Shown: positions 51,157-64,000 of the stretch, in pieces | How the letters are laid out: every line of letters begins with the position of its first letter | How positions within the stretch are numbered: position 1 is the stretch's first letter | Source: the human T2T-CHM13v2.0 reference genome, Homo sapiens | Direction: 5' to 3' (one strand) | Length of the DNA stretch: 64,000 nucleotides | NCBI RefSeq assembly: GCF_009914755.1 | Contig: NC_060928.1 | Notes under the pieces: generated by a model | Database searches by the model: none | The model's input: the letters and a program-made list of their open reading frames with translations, nothing else | What the model was told of the DNA's origin: nothing | Translations under genes and position numbers: made by a program

Positions 51157-53193
51157 ATTCTCAGAAACTTGTTTGTGATGTGTGTATTCAACTAACAGAG
51201 TTGAACTTTTGTTTTTACAGAGCCGTTTTAAAACACTCTTTTTGTGGAATCAGAAAGTGGATATTCGGATGGCTCTGAGGATTTCGTTGGAAGCGGGATT
51301 ACATATAAAATCTAGAGAGAAGCATTCTCAGGAACTTCTTTGTGATGTTTGCATTGAAGTCACAGAATTGAACATTCACTTTGATAGAGCAGGTTTGAAA
51401 CACTCATTCTGTAGTATCTGGAACTGGACATTTCAAGCGCTTTCAGGCCTATGGTGAGAAAGGAAATATCTTCGAATAAAAACTAGACAGAAGCATCCTC
51501 AGAAACTTATTTGTGATGTGTGTCCTCAACTAACAGAGTTGAAACTTTGTTTTGATACAGCATTTTGGAAACACTCTTTTTGTAGAATCTGCAGGTGGAT
51601 ATTTGGATAGCTTAGAGGGATTCGTTGGAAAGGGGATATCTTCATATAAAATCTAGACAGAAGCATTCTCAGAAACTTATTTGTGATGTGTGTCCTCAAC
51701 TAACAGAGTTGAACCTTGGTTTTGATACAGCATTTTGGAAACACTCCTTTTGTAGAATCTGCAGGTGGATATGTGGATAGCTCTGAAGATTTTGTTGGAA
51801 ACGGGAATTTCTTCATATAAAATCAAACAGAAGCATTCTCAGAAACTTCTCAGTGATGTTTGCATTCAGCTCATGGAGTTGAACACTTCCGTTCATAGAG
51901 CCGGTTTGAAACACTCTTTCTGCACTACCTGGAAGAGGACATTTCGAGCGCTTTGAGTCCTATGGTGAAAAAGGAAATATCTTCTCATAAAAACCAGAAA
52001 GAAGCATTCTCAGAAACTACTTTGTGTTGTGTGTACTCATGTAACAGTGTTGAACCATCCTTTTGACAGAGCAGTTTTGAAACACTCTTTTTGTAGAATC
52101 TGCAAGTGGATATTTGGATAGCTTTGAGGATTTCGTTGGAAACGGGATGACATATAATCTCTAGAGAGAAGCATACTCAGGAACTTCTTTCTGATGTTTG
52201 CATTCAAGTCACAGAATTGAACATTCCTTTTCATAGTGCAGGTTTGAAACACTCTTTCTGTAGTATCTGGAAGTGGACATTTCAAGCGCTTTCAGGCCTA
52301 CGGGGAGAAAGGAAATATCTTCAAATAAAAACTAGACAGAAGGATTCTCAGAAACTTATTTGTGATGTGTGTCCTAAACGAACACAGTTGAACCTTTGTT
52401 TTGATACAGCATTTTGGAAACACTCCTTTTGTAGGATCTGCACGTGGATATTTGGATAGATTTTAAGATTTCGTTGGAAACGGGAGTTTCTTCATAGAAA
52501 CTCAAGACAGATGCATTCTCAGAAACATCTCTGTGATGTTTGCATTCCACTCATAGAGTTGAAAACTTCCTTTCATAGAGCAGGTTTGAAACACTCTTTT
52601 TGTAATATTTGGAAGTGGACATTTGCAGCACTTTGAGGCCTATGGTGAAAAAGGAAATATCTTCTCATAAAAACCAGAAACAAGCATTCTCAGAAACTTC
52701 TTTTTGATGTGTGTACTCAAGTAACAGAGTTGAACCTTCCTTTTGACACAGCAGTTTTGAAACAATCTTTTTGTAGAATCTGCAAGTGGATATTTGGATA
52801 GCTTTGAGGATTTCGTTGGAAACGGGATATCTTCATATAAAATCTAGACAGAAGCATTCTCAGAAACTTCTTTGTGCTGTATGCCCTCAATTAACAGAGT
52901 TGAACCATTGGATACAGCATTTTGGAAACATTCCTTGAGTAGAATCTGCAAGTTGATATTTAGATAGATTTGAAGATTTCATTGGAAAAGGGAATATCTC
53001 CATATAAAATCTAGAGGGAAGCATTCTCAGAAACTGCTTTGTGATGTTTCCATTCAAGTCACAGAGTTGAATATTCCCTTTTATAGAGCACGTTTGAAAC
53101 ACTCTTTCTGCACTATCTGGAAGTGGACATTTCGAGCGCTTTGAGGCCTATGGTGAAAAAGGAAATATCTTCCCATAAAAACTAGACAGAAGC
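51157..53193 (+). repeat. HOR unit 16, 12-mer (2037 bp; M7/M14 hybrid, 7 monomers lost)
   Basis: 3228-1191 bp; gcatactcagg (M7) is joined to tttctgatg (M14) at 52175-52191; no SacI site. Confidence 0.95.
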
Positions 53194-56100
53194 ATTCTCA
53201 GAAACTTGTTTGTGATGTGTGTATTCAACTAACAGAGTTGAACTTTTGTTTTTACAGAGCCGTTTTAAAACACTCTTTTTGTGGAATCAGAAAGTGGATA
53301 TTCGGATGGCTCTGAGGATTTCGTTGGAAGCGGGATTACATATAAAATCTAGAGAGAAGCATTCTCAGGAACTTCTTTGTGATGTTTGCATTGAAGTCAC
53401 AGAATTGAACATTCACTTTGATAGAGCAGGTTTGAAACACTCATTCTGTAGTATCTGGAAGTGGACATTTCAAGCGCTTTCAGGCCTATGGTGAGAAAGG
53501 AAATATCTTCGAATAAAAACTAGACAGAAGCATCCTCAGAAACTTATTTGTGATGTGTGTCCTCAACTAACAGAGTTGAAACTTTGTTTTGATACAGCAT
53601 TTTGGAAACACTCTTTTTGTAGAATCTGCAGGTGGATATTTGGATAGCTTAGAGGGATTCGTTGGAAAGGGGATATCTTCATATAAAATCTAGACAGAAG
53701 CATTCTCAGAAACTTATTTGTGATGTGTGTCCTCAACTAACAGAGTTGAACCTTGGTTTTGATACAGCATTTTGGAAACACTCCTTTTGTAGAATCTGCA
53801 GGTGGATATGTGGATAGCTCTGAAGATTTCGTTGGAAACGGGAATTTCTTCATATAAAATCAAACAGAAGCATTCTCAGAAACTTCTCAGTGATGTTTGC
53901 ATTCAGCTCATGGAGTTGAACACTTCCTTTCATAGAACCGGTTTGAAACACTCTTTCTGCACTACCTGGAAGAGGACATTTCGAGCGCTTTGAGTCCTAT
54001 GGTGAAAAAGGAAATATCTTCTCATAAAAACCAGAAAGAAGCATTCTCAGAAACTTCTTTGTGTTGTGTGTACTCATGTAACAGTGTTGAACCATCCTTT
54101 TGACAGAGCAGTTTTGAAACACTCTTTGTAGAATCTGCAAGTGGATATTTGGATAGCTTTGAGGATTTCGTTGGAAACGGGATGACATATAATATCTAGA
54201 GAGAAGCATTCTCAGGAACTTCTTTGTGATGTTTGCATTCAAGTCACATAATTGAACATTCCCTTTCATAGAGCAGGTTTGAAACACTCTTTCTCTAGTA
54301 TCTGGAAGTGGGCATTTCAAGCGCTTTCAGGCCTATGGAGAGAAAGGAAATACCTTCAAATAAAAACTAGACAGAAGCATTCTCAGAAACTTATTTGTGA
54401 TGTGTGTCCTCAACTAACAGAGTTGAACCTTGGTTTTGATACAGCATTTTGGAAACGCTCCTTTTGTAGAATCTGCAGGTGGATATGTGGATAGCTCTGA
54501 AGATTTCGTTGGAAACGGGAATTTCTTCATATAAAATCAAACAGAAGCATTCTCAGAAACTTCTCAGTGATGTTTGCATTCAGCTCATGGAGTTGGACAC
54601 TTCCTTTCATAGAACCGGTTTGAAACACTCTTTCTGCACTACCTGGAAGAGGACATTTCGAGCGCTTTGAGTCCTATGGTGAAAAAGGAAATATCTTCTC
54701 ATAAAAACCAGAAAGAAGCATTCTCAGAAACTTCTTTGTGTTGTGTGTACTCATGTAACAGTGTTGAACCATCCTTTTGACAGAGCAGTTTTGAAACACT
54801 CTTTTTGTAGAATCTGCAAGTGGATATTTGGATAGCTTTGAGGATTTCGTTGGAAACGGGATGACATATAATATCTAGAGAGAAGCATTCTCAGGAACTT
54901 CTTTGTGATGTTTGCATTCAAGTCACAGAATTGAACATTCCCTTTCATAGAGCAGGTTTGAAACACTCTTTCTCTAGTATCTGGAAGTGGGCATTTCAAG
55001 CGCTTTCAGGCCTATGGAGAGAAAGGAAATACCTTCAAATAAAAACTAGACAGAAGCATTCTCAGAAACTTATTTGTGATGTGTGTCCTCAACTAACAGA
55101 GTTGAACCTTTGTTTTGATACAGCATTTTGGAAACACTCCTTTTGTAGAATCTGCAGGTGGATATTTGGATAACTTTGAAGATTTCATTGGAAACCGGAA
55201 TATCTTCATATAAAATCAAGACAGAAGCATTCTCGGAAACATCTCTGTGATGTTTGCATTCAACTCAGTAGAGTTGAACACTTCCTTTCATAGAGCCGGT
55301 TTGAAACACTCTTTCTGCACTACCTGGAAGCGGACATTTCGAGCGCTTTGAGGCCTATGGTGAAAAAGGAAATATCTTCTCATAAAAACCAGAAAGAAGC
55401 ATTCTCAGAAACTTCTTTGTGTTGTGTGTACTCAAGTAACAGTGTTGAACCTTCCTTTTGACACAGCAGTTTTGAAACACTCTTTTGGTAGAATCTGCAA
55501 GTGGATATTTGGATAGCTTTGAGGATTTCGTTGGAAACGGGTTATCTTCATATAAAATCCAGACAGGAGCATTCTCAGAAACTTCTTTGTGCTGCATGTC
55601 CTCAATTCACAGAGCTGAACCTTTGTTTGGATACAGCATTTTGGAAACATTCCTTTAGTAGAATCTGCAAGTTGATATTTAGATAGCTTTGAAGATTTCG
55701 TTGGAAACGGGAATATCTTCATAGAAAATCTAGACGGAAGCATTCTCAGAAACTGCTTTGTGATGTTTGCATTCAAGTCACAGAGTTGAATATTCCCTTT
55801 TATAGAGTAGGATTGAAACACTCTTTTGGCACTACCTGGAAGTGGATATTTCGAGCTCTTTGAGGCCTATGGTTAAAAGGAAATATCTTCCCATAAAAAC
55901 TAGACAGAAGCCGTCTCAGAAACTTGTTTGTGATGTGTGTATTCAACTAACAGAGTTGAACATTTCTGTTACAGAGCAATTTTAAAACACTCTTTTTGTG
56001 GAATCTGAAAGTGGATAATTGGATAGCTTTGTGGATTTCGTTGGAAACGGGATGACGTATAAAATCTAGAGAGAAGCATTCTCAGGAACTTCTTTGTGAT

Positions 56101-57102
56101 GTTTGCATTCAAGTCACAGAATTGAACATTCCCTTTCATAGAGCAGGTTTGAAACACTCTTTCTCTAGTATCTGGAAGTCGGCATTTCAAGCGCTTTCAG
56201 GCCTATGGAGAGAAAGGAAATACCTTCAAATAAAAACTAGGCAGAAGCATTCTCAGAAACTTATTTGTGATGTGTGTCCTCAACTAACAGAGTTGAACCT
56301 TTGTTTTGATACAGCATTTTGGAAACACTCCTTTTGTAGGATCTGCAGGTGGATATTTGGATAGATTTTAAGATTTCGTTGGAAACGGGAGTTTCTTCAT
56401 AGAAACTCAAGACAGATGCATTCTCAGAAACATCTCTGTGATGTTTGCATTCCACTCATAGATTTGAAAACTTCCTTTCATAGAGCAGGTTTGAAACACT
56501 CTTTTTGTAATATTTGGAAGTGGACATTTGCAGCGCTTTGAGGCCTATGGTGAAAAAGGAAATATCTTCTCATAAAAACCAGAAACAAGCATTCTCAGAA
56601 ACTTCTTTTTGATGTGTGTACTCAAGTAACAGAGTTGAACCTTCCTTTTGACACAGCAGTTTTGAAACAATCTTTTTGTAGAATCTGCAAGTGGATATTT
56701 GGATAGCTTTGAGGATTTCGTTGGAAACGGGATATCTTCATATAAAATCTAGACAGAAGCATTCTCAGAAACTTCTTTGTGCTGTATGTCCTCAATTAAC
56801 AGAGTTGAACCATTGCTTGGATACAGCATTTTGGAAACATTCCTTGAGTAGAATCTGCAAGTTGATATTTAGATAGATTTGAAGATTTCGTTGGAAAAGG
56901 GAATATCTCCATATAAAATCTAGAGGGAAGCATTCTCAGAAACTGCTTTGTGATGTTTCCATTCAAGTCACAGAGTTGAATATTCCCTTTTATAGAGCAC
57001 GTTTGAAACACTCTTTCTGCACTATCTGGAAGTGGACATTTCGAGCGCTTTGAGGCCTATGGTGAAAAAGGAAATATCTTCCCATAAAAACTAGACAGAA
57101 GC
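53194..57102 (+). repeat. HOR unit 17, 23-mer with 2-bp deletion (3909 bp), near copy of unit 15
   Basis: Same private variants as unit 15 at offset 5946. Confidence 0.95.
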
Positions 57103-60100
57103 ATTCTCAGAAACTTGTTTGTGATGTGTGTATTCAACTAACAGAGTTGAACTTTTGTTTTTACAGAGCCGTTTTAAAACACTCTTTTTGTGGAATCAGA
57201 AAGTGGATATTCGGATGGCTCTGAGGATTTCGTTGGAAGCGGGATTACATATAAAATCTAGAGAGAAGCATTCTCAGGAACTTCTTTGTGATGTTTGCAT
57301 TGAAGTCACAGAATTGAACATTCACTTTGATAGAGCAGGTTTGAAACACTCATTCTGTAGTATCTGGAACTGGACATTTCAAGCGCTTTCAGGCCTATGG
57401 TGAGAAAGGAAATATCTTCGAATAAAAACTAGACAGAAGCATCCTCAGAAACTTATTTGTGATGTGTGTCCTCAACTAACAGAGTTGAAACTTTGTTTTG
57501 ATACAGCATTTTGGAAACACTCTTTTTGTAGAATCTGCAGGTGGATATTTGGATAGCTTAGAGGGATTAGTTGGAAAGGGGATATCTTCATATAAAATCT
57601 AGACAGAAGCATTCTCAGAAACTTATTTGTGATGTGTGTCCTCAACTAACAGAGTTGAACCTTGGTTTTGATACAGCATTTTGGAAACACTCCTTTTGTA
57701 GAATCTGCAGGTGGATATGTGGATAGCTCTGAAGATTTTGTTGGAAACGGGAATTTCTTCATATAAAATCAAACAGAAGCATTCTCAGAAACTTCTCAGT
57801 GATGTTTGCATTCAGCTCATGGAGTTGAACACTTCCGTTCATAGAGCCGGTTTGAAACACTCTTTCTGCACTACCTGGAAGAGGACATTTCGAGCGCTTT
57901 GAGTCCTATGGTGAAAAAGGAAATATCTTCTCATAAAAACCAGAAAGAAGCATTCTCAGAAACTACTTTGTGTTGTGTGTACTCATGTAACAGTGTTGAA
58001 CCATCCTTTTGACAGAGCAGTTTTGAAACACTCTTTTTGTAGAATCTGCAAGTGGATATTTGGATAGCTTTGAGGATTTCGTTGGAAACGGGATGACATA
58101 TAATCTCTAGAGAGAAGCATACTCAGGAACTTCTTTGTGATGTTTGCATTCAAGTCACAGAATTGAACATTCCCTTTCATAGAGCAGGTTTGAAACACTC
58201 TTTCTCTAGTATCTGGAAGTGGGCATTTCAAGCGCTTTCAGGCCTATGGAGAGAAAGGAAATACCTTCAAATAAAAACTAGACAGAAGCATTCACAGAAA
58301 CTTATTTGTGATGTGTGTCCTCAACTAACAGAGTTGAACCTTTGTTTTGATACAGCATTTTGGAAACACTCCTTTTGTAGAATCTGCAGGTGGATATTTG
58401 GACAACTTTGAAGATTTCGTTGGAAACCGGAATATCTTCATATAAAATCAAGACAGAAGCATTCTCGGAAACATCTCTGTGATGTTTGCATTCAACTCAG
58501 TAGAGTTGAACACTTCCTTTCATAGAGCAGGTTTGAAACACTCTTTCTGCACTACCTGGAAGCGGACATTTCGAGCGCTTTGAGGCCTATGGTGAAAAAG
58601 GAAATATCTTCTCATAAAAACCAGAAAGAAGCATTCTCAGAAACTTCTTTGTGTTGTGTGTACTCAAGTAACAGTGTTGAACCTTCCTTTTGACACAGCA
58701 GTTTTGAAACACTCTTTTGGTAGAATCTGCAAGTGGATATTTGGATAGCTTTGAGGATTTCGTTGGAAACGGGTTATCTTCATATAAAATCCAGACAGGA
58801 GCATTCTCAGAAACTTCTTTGTGCTGCATGTCCTCAATTCACAGAGCTGAACCTTTGTTTGGATACAGCATTTTGGAAACATTCCTTTAGTAGAATCTGC
58901 AAGTTGATATTTAGATAGCTTTGAAGATTTCGTTGGAAACGGGAATATCTTCATAGAAAATCTAGACGGAAGCATTCTCAGAAACTGCTTTGTGATGTTT
59001 GCATTCAAGTCACAGAGTTGAATATTCCCTTTTATAGAGTAGGTTTGAAACACTCTTTCGGCACTACCTGGAAGTGGATATTTCGAGCTCTTTGAGGCCT
59101 ATGGTTAAAAGGAAATATCTTCCCATAAAAACTAGACAGAAGCCGTCTCAGAAACTTGTTTGTGATGTGTGTATTCAACTAACAGAGTTGAACATTTCTG
59201 TTACAGAGCAATTTTAAAACACTCTTTTTGTGGAATCTGAAAGTGGATAATTGGATAGCTTTGTGGATTTCGTTGGAAACGGGATGACATATAAAATCTA
59301 GAGAGAAGCATTCTCAGGAACTTCTTTCTGATGTTTGCATTCAAGTCACAGAATTGAACATTCCTTTTCATAGTGCAGGTTTGAAACACTCTTTCTGTAG
59401 TATCTGGAAGTGGACATTTCAAGCGCTTTCAGGCCTACGGGGAGAAAGGAAATATCTTCAAATAAAAACTAGACAGAAGGATTCTCAGAAACTTATTTGT
59501 GATGTGTGTCCTAAACGAACACAGTTGAACCTTTGTTTTGATACAGCATTTTGGAAACACTCCTTTTGTAGGATCTGCAGGTGGATATTTGGATAGATTT
59601 TAAGATTTCGTTGGAAACGGGAGTTTCTTCATAGAAACTCAAGACAGATGCATTCTCAGAAACATCTCTGTGATGTTTGCATTCCACTCATAGAGTTGAA
59701 AACTTCCTTTCATAGAGCAGGTTTGAAACACTCTTTTTGTAATATTTGGAAGTGGACATTTGCAGCGCTTTGAGGCCTATGGTGAAAAAGGAAATATCTT
59801 CTCATAAAAACCAGAAACAAGCATTCTCAGAAACTTCTTTTTGATGTGTGTACTCAAGTAACAGAGTTGAACCTTCCTTTTGACACAGCAGTTTTGAAAC
59901 AATCTTTTTGTAGAATCTGCAAGTGGATATTTGGATAGCTTTGAGGATTTCGTTGGAAACGGGATATCTTCATATAAAATCTAGACAGAAGCATTCTCAG
60001 AAACTTCTTTGTGCTGTATGCCCTCAATTAACAGAGTTGAACCATTGGATACAGCATTTTGGAAACATTCCTTGAGTAGAATCTGCAAGTTGATATTTAG

Positions 60101-63100
60101 ATAGATTTGAAGATTTCATTGGAAAAGGGAATATCTCCATATAAAATCTAGAGGGAAGCATTCTCAGAAACTGCTTTGTGATGTTTCCATTCAAGTCACA
60201 GAGTTGAATATTCCCTTTTATAGAGCACGTTTGAAACACTCTTTCTGCACTATCTGGAAGTGGACATTTCGAGCGCTTTGAGGCCTATGGTGAAAAAGGA
60301 AATATCTTCCCATAAAAACTAGACAGAAGCATTCTCAGAAACTTGTTTGTGATGTGTGTATTCAACTAACAGAGTTGAACTTTTGTTTTTACAGAGCCGT
60401 TTTAAAACACTCTTTTTGTGGAATCAGAAAGTGGATATTCGGATGGCTCTGAGGATTTCGTTGGAAGCGGGATTACATATAAAATCTAGAGAGAAGCATT
60501 CTCAGGAACTTCTTTGTGATGTTTGCATTGAAGTCACAGAATTGAACATTCACTTTGATAGAGCAGGTTTGAAACACTCATTCTGTAGTATCTGGAACTG
60601 GACATTTCAAGCGCTTTCAGGCCTATGGTGAGAAAGGAAATATCTTCGAATAAAAACTAGACAGAAGCATCCTCAGAAACTTATTTGTGATGTGTGTCCT
60701 CAACTAACAGAGTTGAAACTTTGTTTTGATACAGCATTTTGGAAACACTCTTTTTGTAGAATCTGCAGGTGGATATTTGGATAGCTTAGAGGGATTCGTT
60801 GGAAAGGGGATATCTTCATATAAAATCTAGACAGAAGCATTCTCAGAAACTTATTTGTGATGTGTGTCCTCAACTAACAGAGTTGAACCTTGGTTTTGAT
60901 ACAGCATTTTGGAAACACTCCTTTTGTAGAATCTGCAGGTGGATATGTGGATAGCTCTGAAGATTTCGTTGGAAACGGGAATTTCTTCATATAAAATCAA
61001 ACAGAAGCATTCTCAGAAACTTCTCAGTGATGTTTGCATTCAGCTCATGGAGTTGAACACTTCCTTTCATAGAGCCGGTTTGAAACACTCTTTCTGCACT
61101 ACCTGGAAGAGGACATTTCGAGCGCTTTGAGTCCTATGGTGAAAAAGGAAATATCTTCTCATAAAAACCAGAAAGAAGCATTCTCAGAAACTACTTTGTG
61201 TTGTGTGTACTCATGTAACAGTGTTGAACCATCCTTTTGACAGAGCAGTTTTGAAACACTCTTTTTGTAGAATCTGCAAGTGGATATTTGGATAGCTTTG
61301 AGGATTTCGTTGGAAACGGGATGACATATAATCTCTAGAGAGAAGCATACTCAGGAACTTCTTTGTGATGTTTGCATTCAAGTCACAGAATTGAACATTC
61401 CCTTTCATAGAGCAGGTTTGAAACACTCTTTCTCTAGTATCTGGAAGTGGGCATTTCAAGCGCTTTCAGGCCTATGGAGAGAAAGGAAATACCTTCAAAT
61501 AAAAACTAGACAGAAGCATTCTCAGAAACTTATTTGTGATGTGTGTCCTCAACTAACAGAGTTGAACCTTTGTTTTGATACAGCATTTTGGAAACACTCC
61601 TTTTGTAGAATCTGCAGGTGGATATTTGGATAACTTTGAAGATTTCGTTGGAAACCGGAATATCTTCATATAAAATCAAGACAGAAGCATTCTCGGAAAC
61701 ATCTCTGTGATGTTTGCATTCAACTCAGTAGAGTTGAACACTTCCTTTCATAGAGCAGGTTTGAAACACTCTTTCTGCACTACCTGGAAGCGGACATTTC
61801 GAGCGCTTTGAGGCCTATGGTGAAAAAGGAAATATCTTCTCATAAAAACCAGAAAGAAGCATTCTCAGAAACTTCTTTGTGTTGTGTGTACTCAAGTAAC
61901 AGTGTTGAACCTTCCTTTTGACACAGCAGTTTTGAAACACTCTTTTGGTAGAATCTGCAAGTGGATATTTGGATAGCTTTGAGGATTTCGTTGGAAACGG
62001 GTTATCTTCATATAAAATCCAGACAGGAGCATTCTCAGAAACTTCTTTGTGCTGCATGTCCTCAATTCACAGAGCTGAACCTTTGTTTGGATACAGCATT
62101 TTGGAAACATTCCTTTAGTAGAATCTGCAAGTTGATATTTAGATAGCTTTGAAGATTTCGTTGGAAACGGGAATATCTTCATAGAAAATCTAGACGGAAG
62201 CATTCTCAGAAACTGCTTTGTGATGTTTGCATTCAAGTCACAGAGTTGAATATTCCCTTTTATAGAGTAGGTTTGAAACACTCTTTCGGCACTACCTGGA
62301 AGTGGATATTTCGAGCTCTTTGAGGCCTATGGTTAAAAGGAAATATCTTCCCATAAAAACTAGACAGAAGCCGTCTCAGAAACTTGTTTGTGATGTGTGT
62401 ATTCAACTAACAGAGTTGAACATTTCTGTTACAGAGCAATTTTAAAACACTCTTTTTGTGGAATCTGAAAGTGGATAATTGGATAGCTTTGTGGATTTCG
62501 TTGGAAACGGGATGACATATAAAATCTAGAGAGAAGCATTCTCAGGAACTTCTTTCTGATGTTTGCATTCAAGTCACAGAATTGAACATTCCTTTTCATA
62601 GTGCAGGTTTGAAACACTCTTTCTGTAGTATCTGGAAGTGGACATTTCAAGCGCTTTCAGGCCTACGGGGAGAAAGGAAATATCTTCAAATAAAAACTAG
62701 ACAGAAGGATTCTCAGAAACTTATTTGTGATGTGTGTCCTAAACGAACACAGTTGAACCTTTGTTTTGATACAGCATTTTGGAAACACTCCTTTTGTAGG
62801 ATCTGCAGGTGGATATTTGGATAGATTTTAAGATTTCGTTGGAAACGGGAGTTTCTTCATAGAAACTCAAGACAGATGCATTCTCAGAAACATCTCTGTG
62901 ATGTTTGCATTCCACTCATAGAGTTGAAAACTTCCTTTCATAGAGCAGGTTTGAAACACTCTTTTTGTAATATTTGGAAGTGGACATTTGCAGCACTTTG
63001 AGGCCTATGGTGAAAAAGGAAATATCTTCTCATAAAAACCAGAAACAAGCATTCTCAGAAACTTCTTTTTGATGTGTGTACTCAAGTAACAGAGTTGAAC

Positions 63101-64000
63101 CTTCCTTTTGACACAGCAGTTTTGAAACAATCTTTTTGTAGAATCTGCAAGTGGATATTTGGATAGCTTTGAGGATTTCGTTGGAAACGGGATATCTTCA
63201 TATAAAATCTAGACAGAAGCATTCTCAGAAACTTCTTTGTGCTGTATGCCCTCAATTAACAGAGTTGAACCATTGCTTGGATACAGCATTTTGGAAACAT
63301 TCCTTGAGTAGAATCTGCAAGTTGATATTTAGATAGATTTGAAGATTTCATTGGAAAAGGGAATATCTCCATATAAAATCTAGAGGGAAGCATTCTCAGA
63401 AACTGCTTTGTGATGTTTCCATTCAAGTCACAGAGTTGAATATTCCCTTTTATAGAGCACGTTTGAAACACTCTTTCTGCACTATCTGGAAGTGGACATT
63501 TCGAGCGCTTTGAGGCCTATGTTGAAAAAGGAAATATCTTCCCATAAAAACTAGACAGAAGCATTCTCAGAAACTTGTTTGTGATGTGTGTATTCAACTA
63601 ACAGAGTTGAACTTTTGTTTTTACAGAGCCGTTTTAAAACACTCTTTTTGTGGAATCAGAAAGTGGATATTCGGATGGCTCTGAGGATTTCGTTGGAAGC
63701 GGGATTACATATAAAATCTAGAGAGAAGCATTCTCAGGAACTTCTTTGTGATGTTTGCATTGAAGTCACAGAATTGAACATTCACTTTGATAGAGCAGGT
63801 TTGAAACACTCATTCTGTAGTATCTGGAAGTGGACATTTCAAGCGCTTTCAGGCCTATGGTGAGAAAGGAAATATCTTCGAATAAAAACTAGACAGAAGC
63901 ATCCTCAGAAACTTATTTGTGATGTGTGTCCTCAACTAACAGAGTTGAAACTTTGTTTTGATACAGCATTTTGGAAACACTCTTTTTGTAGAATCTGCAG
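57103..64000 (+). repeat. HOR units 18 (3228 bp), 19 (3232 bp, start 60331) and partial unit 20 (start 63563)
   Basis: Marker ORFs at 57128, 60356 and 63588. Confidence 0.95.

Larger units (their letters stand above)
1..64000 (+). repeat. Centromeric alpha-satellite HOR array, 19-mer/3232-bp canonical unit; probably human chr4 D4Z1 (S2C4H1L, suprachromosomal family 2)
   Basis: Tandem 166-172 bp monomers starting (c)attctcagaaac throughout. CENP-B-box monomers (tttcgttggaaacggga) are interleaved with A-type monomers (cctatggtgaaaaaggaaa). Near-identical units recur at 3232 bp with one GAGCTC per unit (e.g. 1983-1988). Alpha-satellite identity is near certain; the chr4 assignment (about 0.8) rests on the recalled 19-mer/3.2-kb size. 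Confidence 0.99.

Noticed and set aside
26-63863. About 190 short ORFs (61-129 aa) on both strands
   Set aside because: They recur with the HOR period, overlap in several frames, often start at GTG/TTG, are made or broken by indels without constraint and show no recognisable domain. They are translations of satellite DNA.
1-64000. CRISPR-like or repeat-spacer array
   Set aside because: Sequence between the conserved motifs is itself homologous from monomer to monomer; there are no unique spacers and no cas genes.
1-64000. L1/Alu insertion, inversion or non-alpha satellite island
   Set aside because: Every unit length is explained by monomer gain or loss plus 2-, 4- or 18-bp indels. No poly-A tails or foreign sequence were seen and the orientation is constant.

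Overview
The whole 64-kb window is one uninterrupted, single-orientation primate (human-type) centromeric alpha-satellite higher-order repeat (HOR) array of ~171-bp monomers. I found no genes, transposon insertions or inversions, and the ORF track consists of repeat-derived artefacts. The canonical unit is a 19-mer of 3232 bp with one SacI site and 8 intact plus 3 degenerate CENP-B boxes, best matching the chromosome 4 live array D4Z1 (SF2); this assignment is recalled from knowledge, not from a search. There are 19 complete units plus a partial one: eleven 19-mers, six 23-mers (monomers 4-7 duplicated), one 15-mer and one 12-mer. The noteworthy signal is the array's recombination record: an ancestral 7+7+1+4 monomer architecture, reciprocal +/-4-mer variants, SNV haplotypes tied to structural variants, 19-mers that look like collapsed 23-mers, ~6-kb multi-HOR duplications, a length-neutral monomer 7/8-like tract in monomers 14/15, and more decay in dead than in live CENP-B boxes. 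I see no evidence of a new protein-coding or prokaryote-type system. Monomer numbers M1-M19 are my own, counted from window position 1.
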